Positions 44,878 to 55,103 of a stretch of 64,000 bases of DNA are shown one piece after another. Both the position numbers and the translations under genes were made by a program. The notes under the pieces were generated by a model. The model made no database searches. It saw nothing but the letters and a program-made list of their open reading frames with translations, and had not been told where the DNA came from. Source of the stretch: an uncultured virus (IMG/VR IMGVR_UViG_3300032282_002939) (Duplodnaviria > Heunggongvirae > Uroviricota > Caudoviricetes); IMG/VR virus record IMGVR_UViG_3300032282_002939, positions 1 through 64,000 of that record, one strand, 5' to 3'. The stretch's first letter is position 1. Every line of letters starts with the position of its first letter.

Positions 44878-46695
44878 TTATTGTGTCATGCCTAATTGAG
44901 CCGCCAAATCTCTATTTTTTGCTAGAATTTGCACTGCTGCTTTATATTTTGATTGATCTTGAATTGAACGACCAGCTGGAGTTGTGCCTTTCAGCTTGTC
45001 AACAATCATTTTTGCGTTTCTAATTTCTTGCATTTTTTGTTGCATTTGTGGATCTTGTGTTGCTCCAACATTAGGATCAATAGGAGCGCCGCCTTGTTGC
45101 TGTGGCTGTGCATTTTGCTGCGCCATTTGTTGATTTTGTTGGACCATAGATTGAGTCTGCAATTCCATTTGCAAATTTTGATCTATTGCTGGATTAATCC
45201 ATCTAGGATCATCAGAACTCTTTTCTTTTTGAATTTGAGAATCCATGGTCTTCATATCATCGTCAGTTTGACGAAGGATATTTCTTCTGACCCATTCGTG
45301 TGAATAATATTTACCAGTAAAGTTTTGATAAGAACCTGCCAAAGAAAGTCTATTGTTATATATTTCGGCATTTTTCAGTTCTGTGAAATAATTATCTCTA
45401 GCATAATCAAACTTTATATCTTGTCTGATTTGTTCCCAATCTTCTAATGTCATAATTCCTTTTAGAACAAGCTGTTTTTCTAACATTTTAATGAAAAGAT
45501 CGGAAAATTTTGTTCTAAGACGAATAATGAAACGAGCAAATTTTAGTTCGTCTCTAGTAATTTCTGTTGCTCTACCAATAGAAAATACTGCATCACTATT
45601 TAAACGACTAACAGGAACATTTAGTGTTTGAAGAAATTTCTTTTGAAAATATAAAACGTCGTCCATTTGACCAAGAGTTTGACCACCAGGTAGTGTTGTT
45701 ACTTCTGTACCACGACCACCTTCTCTTCTTGGAAGCCAATAATCTTCCAACATAGTCATAAATTTACGATCGTCTCTGATCTCACCACTTTGTGCATCAT
45801 AGATTAAACGGTTTTTGTGTTTGACCATAATATCACGAAAGTATTGTTCAGCTTTCATTTTTGGGAGATTACCAACATCAATATACCAAATTCTACGTTC
45901 TGGCGCTCTTGCTAAACGATAGATAACCAATGAGTCTTCAAGAGTTCTTAATTGATTTAGTGCTTTAATTGCTTTGTGAAGATAAGAAAGAACCATAGTT
46001 CCTTGATTATCTGTCAATCCAGAAGTTACGTGGACAATAGAATCTTTTGCAATTTTCAATCCAGCAGTTGTTGGCCCAGTAACTTTATTACCGTAATTAA
46101 ATCCTTTATCATTAAAAATAAAATATTCATTTACAGTTTTAGTAGTAACTGCATCCATGGGATTTCCGTGTTGAATACGTTTCCTAGTTATTTCTCTTAC
46201 TTTACGAATTTTTCTAGGATCAATATATCTAACGTCTTTAATGCCTTCTTTGGGAGAATTTTCATCTATAACTGCATGATAATAAAGTCTTCCGTCTACA
46301 TACCAACGTCTATAGATATCGTAAGCGTGTCTTTTAAAATCTAATAATTGTAAACAAGTTTGAAATTCTGTTTTAATTGCGTTCTTTATATTTTCCGAAA
46401 CTTTTAAATCTTCTAAATTTATGTTAATTACATCTTCTTCATCAATAGAAATTGATTCGTTTACTATTTCTTCAACAGCAGAATCACATTCTGGATGAAG
46501 AGACATTTCTCTATATTTTGTGACTAATTCTGCTTCAGTTCTTACAGTGCCGTCTAAATCAACATATGTTCCAAAGGAACCACCAGCAGCAATAACAACT
46601 GCGCCATCATCAGTTTCCTTTTGAGAAAAAGAAGGAAGCTGTGATGTATCTTCTTTAGATTTTCTTTTAAACTCAAAACCAAAAAGTTCTGCCAT
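44878..46695 (-). CDS. 20: Portal protein gp20 with Gln-rich C-terminal extension
   Basis: WYVDGR, YIDPRK, SYLHKAIK, RAPERR..YIDVGNLP, EDYWLPRREGGRGTE. Confidence 0.97.
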   Translation of the reverse strand: MAELFGFEFKRKSKEDTSQLPSFSQKETDDGAVVIAAGGSFGTYVDLDGTVRTEAELVTKYREMSLHPECDSAVEEIVNESISIDEEDVININLEDLKVSENIKNAIKTEFQTCLQLLDFKRHAYDIYRRWYVDGRLYYHAVIDENSPKEGIKDVRYIDPRKIRKVREITRKRIQHGNPMDAVTTKTVNEYFIFNDKGFNYGNKVTGPTTAGLKIAKDSIVHVTSGLTDNQGTMVLSYLHKAIKALNQLRTLEDSLVIYRLARAPERRIWYIDVGNLPKMKAEQYFRDIMVKHKNRLIYDAQSGEIRDDRKFMTMLEDYWLPRREGGRGTEVTTLPGGQTLGQMDDVLYFQKKFLQTLNVPVSRLNSDAVFSIGRATEITRDELKFARFIIRLRTKFSDLFIKMLEKQLVLKGIMTLEDWEQIRQDIKFDYARDNYFTELKNAEIYNNRLSLAGSYQNFTGKYYSHEWVRRNILRQTDDDMKTMDSQIQKEKSSDDPRWINPAIDQNLQMELQTQSMVQQNQQMAQQNAQPQQQGGAPIDPNVGATQDPQMQQKMQEIRNAKMIVDKLKGTTPAGRSIQDQSKYKAAVQILAKNRDLAAQLGMTQ

Positions 46696-46705
46696 TTAGA
46701 TCTCC

Positions 46706-46731
46706 AAAATTGGGGAGAAAATCTCCCCAAA
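46706..46731 (-). terminator. Hairpin/terminator between genes 19 and 20
   Basis: TTGGGGAGA-TTT-TCTCCCCAA-TTTT. Confidence 0.6.
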
Positions 46732-46747
46732 TTCATCAAATATTATA

Positions 46748-47359
46748 TTAAGGACCTTGTGGGCCATCGATAAGTGCTGCTGCGCCATAAACATTAGTAC
46801 CACCAGCTAGTTTATCTGAAGTTTCTACTGTTGGAATCCAGTAATCATATGAGAAATTGACAGGGAACATTTCAATAGAATTTTGAGAACCCCAGTCTAA
46901 AGCAATTGCACCAACTTCTGTTGGGAAAGCCCCAACAATTTGATATGCTCTTAAGATAGATCCATCTTTTGAATATTGGATTACATCTAGATCTGTTTTA
47001 TATTGTTCTGCTGAGATGTTTGGATCACGAACGTTTGAGACTAGACGATTTAAAGCATTTGACCAAGATTCAAACATTGATCTGACAGAAAAATCTTCGT
47101 CGTTCATAACGCTTACGTTCCAATCAGCAAATGTTCTATCGCCAGCAAGCTTTATTTGTCTTCCAAAATAAGGCACGGCAAAGTTTCCAACTGAAGAAGC
47201 TGGTAAAGCTGCTGATTGGCAAACAAAACTGAATTTACTGACTGATGTTGTTGAGATACCAATATTCTGTGGAACAGATAGAACAACATTAAATAGTGAT
47301 GGTCTAGCGCCACCATAAACAAGAGCGTTTTGTTTAAAACTATTAATATTAAAAGGCAT
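46748..47359 (-). CDS. 19: Tail tube protein gp19
   Basis: GGARPSLF, LP.S, YFGR..KLAGDRTF..W, F.YDYW. Confidence 0.95.
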   Translation of the reverse strand: MPFNINSFKQNALVYGGARPSLFNVVLSVPQNIGISTTSVSKFSFVCQSAALPASSVGNFAVPYFGRQIKLAGDRTFADWNVSVMNDEDFSVRSMFESWSNALNRLVSNVRDPNISAEQYKTDLDVIQYSKDGSILRAYQIVGAFPTEVGAIALDWGSQNSIEMFPVNFSYDYWIPTVETSDKLAGGTNVYGAAALIDGPQGP

Positions 47360-47398
47360 TTTTTACTCCTATGAGTTTTATATTATTTAGTGTTCTTT

Positions 47399-47437
47399 TC
47401 AAACTCTCTCTTTGATATTATCTCGGAGAGAGTTTGA
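47399..47437. other. 12-bp inverted repeat between genes 18 and 19
   Basis: tcaaactctctc ... gagagagtttga. Confidence 0.6.
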
Positions 47438-47450
47438 CAGAGTAAATAAA

Positions 47451-49721
47451 TTAGAATTTACCTACAACCTCACTAAATTGTACCCCAGTTCCAACAGCTA
47501 CGAAGTTCAACTGAATGAAATTGATGCTTCTTGCTGGTTTAATGTATATATCGCCAACAAATTGATTTGTATCGATGATTTGTGCAGTATTATTGGTATC
47601 ATCACACACAACCAAGAAATCAGTAATACCACGACGCCCTTGAATTTGACGAAGATAAGGTGTTACTAGATTTTTAAATTGTGCTCTTGTGAACGCATCA
47701 TTGAACTCAAACAGAGAGTATTTTGCAGCAGTGGAAATTGCTTTTTCAAGAACAATGAATAGACGACGAACATTAATTCTATCGAATGCAGATGGTTTTG
47801 CTTGTAGAGTTTTATCGCCATAAAGAATAGTGCCTTGACCTGGGAAGGACACAACAGGATTTACACCATTTTTATATAGAATATCTCTATCTGCTTGTGT
47901 TGGATTAAAGGCAAGTTTAACAAGATTTTTAATCTGGCCACGATTGAAACCAGCGGGAGACCACCATGCATCGTTTGTATTATCTGTTCTTACACAAAGA
48001 CCAGCAACGTCGCCATTCATTGGAATCCAGCGGTATAGATCATTGTAGCGGTCGTATTGATATTTGTAACCACTGTCCATCACAGCATAAGAAGAACTGT
48101 GAAGAACATTTCTCCAAGCTACTGTATTTGTTGCTTGTGTACCAAAAGCGTTTAGAGTCAAGCTTTTTTCAGGAGAAATTAGAGCAATACAATCTTTTCT
48201 TTTTTCACAAATATTATCAATGATGTAATTAGCAAGTTGATATCCTGTAACAGTTACACCACCAGAGCTTGTTGATCCACCAAGCGGTTTACCTTGAAGA
48301 ACAAGAGAAATATCAACTTGTTCAGCAGAAGCAAAAAGATCATATGCAGCAGCAATAACAGAGAACGCGCTTGTATTTGATTCATTATAACCATCGGCGC
48401 CTAGTGAGAAAGTAATATTTTTTGGCGCTGTTGCAGTAGAAGATGCCAAAGAAGCAGCAGTTTTATTAACTGAAATTGTGGTTGGATCGTTTGTCCACCA
48501 CATATATGGTGAATTGTCATTGATAACATTTTTATAATAGTTTGTCGAACCATCAAGATTTTGAGAATCTGTTGCCGCAGATAAACCTTTGTAAACTTCA
48601 AGAACAGTTCCTGGCGTACCAGTGAATTTACCGCCATTATCAACTACAACAATGTGCAATTCATCGTTTGCTGATGTATTACCGTTGTTTAATTGATATG
48701 ATGATTGGCCAGGAGCAACATCGACTACATTGAAGAATTCCCAATTTCTTTGAATAGTATTTGATGAGAATGCAGTATGGAGTCTATATGTCTCAGTTAA
48801 AGAAAAAGTCAATAGAGTATTGCTGTTATAGCTATTATTAACAGAAATAGCAGCAATTTTTAAATATTGATTACCAATAGAAGAATTACCTGCCAAAATT
48901 TGATCACCAACAGAGAAACTAGCTGCTGCGGTTGTAGCAGAAGCATTAGAGAGACCAGAATATTCTGCTGTGGCTGTGTTGCTTCCAATTGTAAAATTGA
49001 TATTTGGAGTTATAGAAACGTTTGATTGAAAAGATGATGAAGTTTCACACATGGAAACTCTTAGAGAATTACCAATTTCACCTGGATATTTGGCTGCAAA
49101 AATAACATCGGTATCAAAATTACCATCTTTTGAAGTATAATCATCTTGATTTTTTATAATTTGATTTACAAGATTTCCCACAAATGCACCAGAAGGAAAT
49201 GCAAGAGCATTATATGCAGTTTGTGGATTAGCTAGATACAATGTAGCAGTATTACCAGCAACAGCATTTGAGCTTAATTGAATCGCTGTTGTATTAGTAA
49301 TTGCTGTAATTGTAAGTGTGTTGGCTGGAGCAAAAACTGATGTGTTAGAAGATTGATATACATACATACCTGCTGTAAGCCCAGATGTATTTCCTGAAGT
49401 CAAAACAACTACGTTGCTGGAAGTATTTCCAGTTAATGCAACTGATGGTGTTGATCCACCAGTATTTGCAGCTCTGGACACATATAAGCGATTACCATAA
49501 TTCAAAAAGTTTGCGGCAGTAAAAAATGTTTCTGGGTTTAAATTTGTTGGTTTTCCAAATTGGCTGACCAATTTATTTTCACTATCAACTAAAACTCTTT
49601 CACCAACAGGTCCCCAGCGGAAAATTCCTGCAAAAGCGCCATCTGATGAGGCTACTGCTGGTACAACTGTTGTTAAATCTACTTCTGTGACATTTACGCC
49701 TGGACTTAATTGAAAAGCCAT
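47451..49721 (-). CDS. 18: Tail sheath protein gp18
   Basis: MAFQLSPGV...E.D, F.WGP, WWSPAG.NRG, FDRINVRRL, KPARSINFI.LNF. Confidence 0.97.
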   Translation of the reverse strand: MAFQLSPGVNVTEVDLTTVVPAVASSDGAFAGIFRWGPVGERVLVDSENKLVSQFGKPTNLNPETFFTAANFLNYGNRLYVSRAANTGGSTPSVALTGNTSSNVVVLTSGNTSGLTAGMYVYQSSNTSVFAPANTLTITAITNTTAIQLSSNAVAGNTATLYLANPQTAYNALAFPSGAFVGNLVNQIIKNQDDYTSKDGNFDTDVIFAAKYPGEIGNSLRVSMCETSSSFQSNVSITPNINFTIGSNTATAEYSGLSNASATTAAASFSVGDQILAGNSSIGNQYLKIAAISVNNSYNSNTLLTFSLTETYRLHTAFSSNTIQRNWEFFNVVDVAPGQSSYQLNNGNTSANDELHIVVVDNGGKFTGTPGTVLEVYKGLSAATDSQNLDGSTNYYKNVINDNSPYMWWTNDPTTISVNKTAASLASSTATAPKNITFSLGADGYNESNTSAFSVIAAAYDLFASAEQVDISLVLQGKPLGGSTSSGGVTVTGYQLANYIIDNICEKRKDCIALISPEKSLTLNAFGTQATNTVAWRNVLHSSSYAVMDSGYKYQYDRYNDLYRWIPMNGDVAGLCVRTDNTNDAWWSPAGFNRGQIKNLVKLAFNPTQADRDILYKNGVNPVVSFPGQGTILYGDKTLQAKPSAFDRINVRRLFIVLEKAISTAAKYSLFEFNDAFTRAQFKNLVTPYLRQIQGRRGITDFLVVCDDTNNTAQIIDTNQFVGDIYIKPARSINFIQLNFVAVGTGVQFSEVVGKF

Positions 49722-49766
49722 TTTTAATCTCCCTAAAAATGAAAACAAATTATTTTTTGATATTTA

Positions 49767-50948
49767 TTAAAAGGACTCTCTTACGGAAAACATCCAATTA
49801 TCAGGCACAAATTTTTCATATTCATCGTCAAAATCTTCCCTTCCATCAAAAACAAATCCAAATGGAGCGAGATCTTGCTCTATATCTTCTTCAGTCTTGT
49901 CTCTCAGAGACATCAAAGTATTAATGTTTGTATAATCTTTAAAGTATTGTTGGTCTGAAAGCCAAGCAAACAAAACCAAACACATCACTAGGTCATCGTG
50001 TTTTTGTGGTTCCGCTTCGTATGAATTTCCTTTTTTAGAAAACGTTGAAAATTCGTTAATTGTATTAAAATCGTTAATAACTAATTGATTTTGTTCAATT
50101 AATAATTTAAGAATAGAACAACCAATTGTTTTGACAACCTTAGTTGTTCTAATACCTTTATCAATTTGTGTCGAGCTTACTCCAAAACCACTAGTAATTC
50201 TTTTACCACTTCTGCCGGCATTTTCAGTAAAGAGCACATTTTCATAGCCAAAATCGTAGTGAAGGCTATGAGATACTTGTTCGCCTATGTCGTTTACCTC
50301 AACTAGAACAGAAGCATTGTTGTAGCTTTTGGCGGTTCTATGAATAATACTTGCATAATCAATTGGTGATACTGAGTTATTACGGAATACACATACCTGC
50401 TGATATGGCATAGAAGTAACATCTAAAAGCTGAAAAGCCGAATAATCAAGTCCTTTACCTCTTGATACGTCACAAACCATCATGTATACTCTGTCTTTGA
50501 CGGGTGGAAAATATTGAATCATGCCATCTTTTTCCATAATAGGATTTTGATGGACCATTTCTTTCAATTTCCAGCCAGCAATAAGAGTACCAGAACTACC
50601 AAGAAATTCACAATTGTGGTTAACAATATCATTACCATAATAACAATATTCTTTTTTGACTTCCAGAGGATCGTAAAAAAATTGTTTTTCGTTGACAAAT
50701 TCAAAACTTAAAATTTCACGATTGCCTTGTTTGGTAACAATGAAATCAGATGAATTGATTTCAGCCGCTGTTTTGAATCCGTTTATTGTTAATAATAAAT
50801 GCTCGGGTGTACAAATTATTTCTTTGAAATCTTCGAGTATAATACGAACATTTTCTTGTCTTTTAATCTTTCGTATGCCATCAAAATCACTCCATCCGTG
50901 AGGAGTTAAGATTTCATATTGACTATTTTTTCGAACAGTGATTTCCAT
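49767..50948 (-). CDS. 17: Terminase large subunit gp17, C-terminal fragment preceded by the split-intein C-fragment
   Basis: 112-aa IntC (TPEH block B, ends HN) then CEFLGS, DVSRG.G.DYS, HDDLVM nuclease motifs. Confidence 0.93.
   Translation of the reverse strand: MEITVRKNSQYEILTPHGWSDFDGIRKIKRQENVRIILEDFKEIICTPEHLLLTINGFKTAAEINSSDFIVTKQGNREILSFEFVNEKQFFYDPLEVKKEYCYYGNDIVNHNCEFLGSSGTLIAGWKLKEMVHQNPIMEKDGMIQYFPPVKDRVYMMVCDVSRGKGLDYSAFQLLDVTSMPYQQVCVFRNNSVSPIDYASIIHRTAKSYNNASVLVEVNDIGEQVSHSLHYDFGYENVLFTENAGRSGKRITSGFGVSSTQIDKGIRTTKVVKTIGCSILKLLIEQNQLVINDFNTINEFSTFSKKGNSYEAEPQKHDDLVMCLVLFAWLSDQQYFKDYTNINTLMSLRDKTEEDIEQDLAPFGFVFDGREDFDDEYEKFVPDNWMFSVRESF
50613..50948 (-). other. Split intein C-fragment (112 aa)
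   Basis: ILTPHGWSDF, CTPEH, YD, terminal HN followed by Cys+1. Confidence 0.9.
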
Positions 50949-51559
50949 ACTATGTTATTGCCCTTGATTATTTTTTTTAAATTTGGTATAGACATATTAA
51001 ATTTTTCTGCATATTGTATACAGAAAGCCGAATCATAATCTATAGTTTTCCCGTTTTTTCTTTTGAAATCTAAATTTAAAATTGGTTTGGAAACATACAA
51101 ATTTAATATATTTTCTATACACTGTTCGTTAAATTTTTTACTATGAACCTTTCCTTTTCTTTTTTGTGACCACATGATTTTTGTTTCTTGGCTATGATGT
51201 TTATTTAACATGGGGGGAATATAATTTTCTTTTTTAGAATAGTGATTTAATCTCATTTTTTGCTTAGATTCGTCCGAAAATTTAAATCCATGTGTTGTGA
51301 ATTTTTCCGTATAATTGTTGCCAGAACCATCGGGTGTTTCGTTCAATCCGTTGTTGTAAGTATCATACAGTGATATAAAAAATTTTTCAGCACAACTGAT
51401 CATTTCGTGATCTTCGGAATAAAATAGAACTTCGTATGAAAAATTATAGTCAAGAAACCTTTTAGTTTTTTTATGACTAGACATTCTGTTTTTTATATTT
51501 TTGGCTTTACCAATATATTTTTTTCCGTCTTCTCTGGTTATACAGTAAACACAATACAT
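50906..51559 (-). mobile_element. GIY-YIG homing endonuclease between the terminase halves
   Basis: CVYCI..KYIG..R...H, E, GLNETPDG, NUMOD3-like HSQETK. Confidence 0.88.
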
Positions 51560-51563
51560 TTTA

Positions 51564-51602
51564 TTTTCCTAGAAATTTACATTTATTTATATATTCTAGA
51601 AA
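51564..51602 (-). promoter_or_regulatory. RBS-covering hairpin with late promoter in the loop
   Basis: TTTCTAGAA ... TTCTAGGAA arms; TATAAATA at 51584-51591. Confidence 0.65.
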
Positions 51603-52510
51603 TTCTCATTATTCATAAGATCATATGCTTCTTCTATGGATAAATTCAATATTTCACCCGTATTTTTGTTTCTTAGGGTTATTTTTGCATTTCCATAAAC
51701 ACAATTATATTCCTGTTCAAACTTCTCAAGGTCAAAATTCATTGCAGCAAGAGTGTTCTGTTTCCAGTTATCATCTCTGCCAGGAACATCTTGCCATCTA
51801 ACCATAATATTGTTATATCCATTTCTATTTTCTTTGGAATTTACCCAAATACTATAGAAGTGGTTTAGACCATTAGGAGTTGATACAAGAATAATTTTAG
51901 TTTCCGAACCAGAAGAAATGGTAGGATACACTGATGTGAAAAAATCGTCCCAGTTTTCAATAAATGCAGCTTCGTCAATGAATAGAAGGTTAACAGAGAA
52001 ACCACGAATGTTATTTGAAGAAGTCGCCGTAGCAATAACACGAGATTGGTTTTCTAGAACGAATGAACCTTTGTTCCATTCAACAACACCTTGCTGAAGC
52101 CATTTTGGAAGATGCTGGTATGCTAACTGAATACGACTTAGAATTTCTCTAGCGGTGTCTCCTTTATTGGCCAAAAGAGCCACTGTTTTTTCTGGATGAA
52201 ATATGATATACCATAAAATAAAAGCACAAGTTGTTGTTGATTTGCCTGCCTGACGAGCAGTTGTGATAATATTAAATCTACCATTAGCAAAAGCTCGTAA
52301 CATATCTTTTTGATATGGATATAGTTCGAAATTAACTAGACCTTTATCAATATTGATGATTTTCATATAAGTTTCAGTAAAATAAATTACATCCTGCGAA
52401 CACTTAATATATTCTTGAACAAGATCAGGGGTCCAATCTATAGATTGATTGGCTCTTTTTAGATTTATATTACCGTTATAACCACCAAGATTATTGAATT
52501 GATCCATCAC
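51596..52510 (-). CDS. 17: Terminase large subunit gp17, N-terminal ATPase fragment followed by the split-intein N-fragment
   Basis: LYPYQ, ARQAGKST, FIDEAAF, STPNG, FEQEYN then CVYGNAKITL (35-aa IntN). Confidence 0.93.
   Translation of the reverse strand: MMDQFNNLGGYNGNINLKRANQSIDWTPDLVQEYIKCSQDVIYFTETYMKIINIDKGLVNFELYPYQKDMLRAFANGRFNIITTARQAGKSTTTCAFILWYIIFHPEKTVALLANKGDTAREILSRIQLAYQHLPKWLQQGVVEWNKGSFVLENQSRVIATATSSNNIRGFSVNLLFIDEAAFIENWDDFFTSVYPTISSGSETKIILVSTPNGLNHFYSIWVNSKENRNGYNNIMVRWQDVPGRDDNWKQNTLAAMNFDLEKFEQEYNCVYGNAKITLRNKNTGEILNLSIEEAYDLMNNENF
51599..51703 (-). other. Split intein N-fragment (35 aa)
   Basis: CVYGNAKITLRNKNTGEILNLSIEEAYDLMNNENF, block A. Confidence 0.88.
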
Positions 52511-52904
52511 CTTCTCTAATATTCTTTATCATTTTTTGCAATTCTGCTGTAGAACCAACAAAAAGATTGTTGTTGATAGTTCTTGCGCCATTTATTGGTT
52601 GATCAATAGCCTTAATTTCTCTGACCTTACTTTGTAAATCCATCAAATCTCTATTGGCCTGGAGCATAGTTTCCATCAATTTTGACAATACTTCGTATGC
52701 TCTCGGATGTTGAGAACTATCGGCAATCAACGCTAATTTATCCATAGCATCTTTGCCATTTTCAATTAAATCATGAATATTGGCTCGTGCCTGTTCAAAA
52801 TCTTTTTTTGCACTATCGTCCAAAGCGGTTTCAATAATACCATTGACTGTTTTAGTGATATTACTTAATTCTGGAAGATTTGGTTCGTCTTCTTCTTCAT
52901 TCAT
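52491..52904 (-). CDS. 16: Terminase small subunit gp16
   Basis: DFEQARAN, HPRAYEV, NNNLFVGSTAELQ. Confidence 0.93.
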   Translation of the reverse strand: MNEEEDEPNLPELSNITKTVNGIIETALDDSAKKDFEQARANIHDLIENGKDAMDKLALIADSSQHPRAYEVLSKLMETMLQANRDLMDLQSKVREIKAIDQPINGARTINNNLFVGSTAELQKMIKNIREGDGSIQ

Positions 52905-53779
52905 TAGATCAATTGCTCTTCGTCATAAATTTGTGTTAAATAACCAAAGTCATCATTTATATCAATTTCTGTATAAGCTACAGACTGTGCTGCTAAAGTG
53001 GTATTTGCTGCACCATAATAATTTAAAGGTGAATTGTTTGCAGAGTATATTCCTGGCTGTATTGTTACTCTACTTATAGCTTCTGTATTACCAACAGCAG
53101 ATTGTAATTCACCATCAGCAACGTTTGGAGTATAAAAATTAGTATCAACGAATTTGATAATTCCTGACTTCTTAACTGGACCATAGAAATAACCTTTTAA
53201 TACCAAATCAAGAGTCCAAATTATAGCTCTTCTTTTAGTAAAATCACCTTGATCGTAGTTATCCTCATATCTAATATCATTTAATATTATAGGAATATCC
53301 ATAATGATATTCATTTCTGGTATTAAATTGACTGTGGTTGTCCAATCGGGTGTAAAATATGGCAAAACTTGCTCAAGTATTTTGGTTCCATCTTCTACAT
53401 TTTTAGCATAGATATAAAGTTTAAAATCAATATTATATGGTACAGGATTATATTGATATGCAAATTTGCTTGTATTTGCTGAATCTCTTACAACACTTCT
53501 ATTAATTGTTGGTAGTTTTCTTGAACCATCATATTTCATTTGACCCATTTCGAAGGAAATAAGTGGAAGCGGTGCAGTCGCTGTAGGTCGGTCAATATTG
53601 GGGTCTTGTGTAACACGAGCCAACATCTTATCTTTTGGAGCATATGTAATAGGAACCTTTAAACGAGCAACTGTATTGTTTGCAGAATTTGTTCTGGTTA
53701 TATGAATGTCGTTAAATAATGTTCCGACCAATACAACATATTTTCTTATTGTTCTGAAATAAAACGTTGAACCAAACAT
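52904..53779 (-). CDS. 15: Tail sheath stabilizer / terminator gp15
   Basis: FY..TIRKYV...GTLFN, VPI.Y.PK, PVPY, EQ.LPYF.P. Confidence 0.93.
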   Translation of the reverse strand: MFGSTFYFRTIRKYVVLVGTLFNDIHITRTNSANNTVARLKVPITYAPKDKMLARVTQDPNIDRPTATAPLPLISFEMGQMKYDGSRKLPTINRSVVRDSANTSKFAYQYNPVPYNIDFKLYIYAKNVEDGTKILEQVLPYFTPDWTTTVNLIPEMNIIMDIPIILNDIRYEDNYDQGDFTKRRAIIWTLDLVLKGYFYGPVKKSGIIKFVDTNFYTPNVADGELQSAVGNTEAISRVTIQPGIYSANNSPLNYYGAANTTLAAQSVAYTEIDINDDFGYLTQIYDEEQLI

Positions 53780-54502
53780 TTAAATGTTCCCTTCTGAGAA
53801 AGGATCACGAACTGTAAAGTCAACGAACTGATCTGATTCAACTTGGAATTCATCGCTATCATCCATAGCAACCAAATCACCAACACCTTTTCCTTCAAGA
53901 ATTAAATAATTTCCATCTTCGTCTGTCAAATAATCACCGTTTTCATCTTTAATTCCCCAAGTAAGTATGTTTGTATCAAATTTCTTTTGAATAGAATCAA
54001 TTTCTGGTATGCCAGTATTAAATGTTTCATTAGAATATTCAAACAATTCTGTTGTCATTTCCCAGGTCTGAAGAGCGCCTAGTTGATAGAACATCTCATA
54101 TTTGTTCACAAATTTAATTTGAAAACATTTTTTATTTAAAGGAAAATATATTAAATCGCCTTCGTTTGGTCTTACTTGTGTTGTAAAGTTTCCAACCTCT
54201 TCATTGAATATTCTTTGAGCAACAGACCAAATAACTTGATCTCTGATTTCAAGACCAAACTTAGACATGAAATTACCATCACCCTGAAACCCATCAAAGC
54301 TTTTGATATACATTTCAATAGGATAGGCGTTTTCATATGACGATTGATCATCGGCTCCATAGATATCATCGTAATTGTTTAGTTTACGAGGAATATAGAA
54401 AACGTCATGACCGTAAATACGTATTGCCTCGATAACTAGGTTTTCGAGGAGAAGCTGTTCCTGTGACGATTGAAAATTATTGAAGAAAAAATTTGTGGCG
54501 AT
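53780..54502 (-). CDS. 14: Neck protein gp14; inferred ATC start
   Basis: (I)ATNFFFNN..EQLLLENLVIEAIRIYGHDVFYIPR, SKFGL, PNEGDLIYFP, DF...DPFSE; AGGAGG RBS before ATC. Confidence 0.9.
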   Translation of the reverse strand: MATNFFFNNFQSSQEQLLLENLVIEAIRIYGHDVFYIPRKLNNYDDIYGADDQSSYENAYPIEMYIKSFDGFQGDGNFMSKFGLEIRDQVIWSVAQRIFNEEVGNFTTQVRPNEGDLIYFPLNKKCFQIKFVNKYEMFYQLGALQTWEMTTELFEYSNETFNTGIPEIDSIQKKFDTNILTWGIKDENGDYLTDEDGNYLILEGKGVGDLVAMDDSDEFQVESDQFVDFTVRDPFSEGNI

Positions 54503-54503
54503 G

Positions 54504-55103
54504 TTATCCTCCTATATCTTTTTGAGGAGGATTATATCCGGTCACTATTTTCATTCTTCCTATTTTTTGCTGTTCTGGATCTTTTGAGCCATACGGTATA
54601 TGAGTAATCATATCAGAAGTTAATGGTTGAGCGAAACCATTAGAGTGTAAACCATGCACTCTCATTTCTGGATCACTCATCATTCTATTTAAAGATTTTT
54701 GCATGCCTTCGGAATTTTTAGTCCATTCTATAGACGCATTATGAGTTCTTGAAATAGATTTAATAACATCATTCATTCTAACAGGAGAACTTTTTCTGCC
54801 CTGCGTGGTTGGAAATTGATATGTTATTGATTTATCAGGATTATTTATTTGACCAGCAAATCTAACAGTATGATGTATTTTCTTATCTTCTGGATTATAT
54901 GTGAAATAAGAAGCTCCGCTTCCTGGGGAAGAAGAATGGTATAAATGTAAACCGCCTACTTCTCCAATTTTGTTAGCGTTTTTATCAAATTTATTTGGAT
55001 CGTCATAAGTTATAGGTTTTGTGTCGCTGACAATTGGATCTCTTTTTGTTTGAGATATATCGGCGGACCAAGCTTCTTTTATGTATTTTTTAAATGTCAG
55101 CAT
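54504..55103 (-). CDS. Hypothetical protein, possibly a packaged head protein
   Basis: N-terminus MLTFKKYIKEA resembles a T4-type capsid-targeting sequence (inference). Confidence 0.6.
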   Translation of the reverse strand: MLTFKKYIKEAWSADISQTKRDPIVSDTKPITYDDPNKFDKNANKIGEVGGLHLYHSSSPGSGASYFTYNPEDKKIHHTVRFAGQINNPDKSITYQFPTTQGRKSSPVRMNDVIKSISRTHNASIEWTKNSEGMQKSLNRMMSDPEMRVHGLHSNGFAQPLTSDMITHIPYGSKDPEQQKIGRMKIVTGYNPPQKDIGG

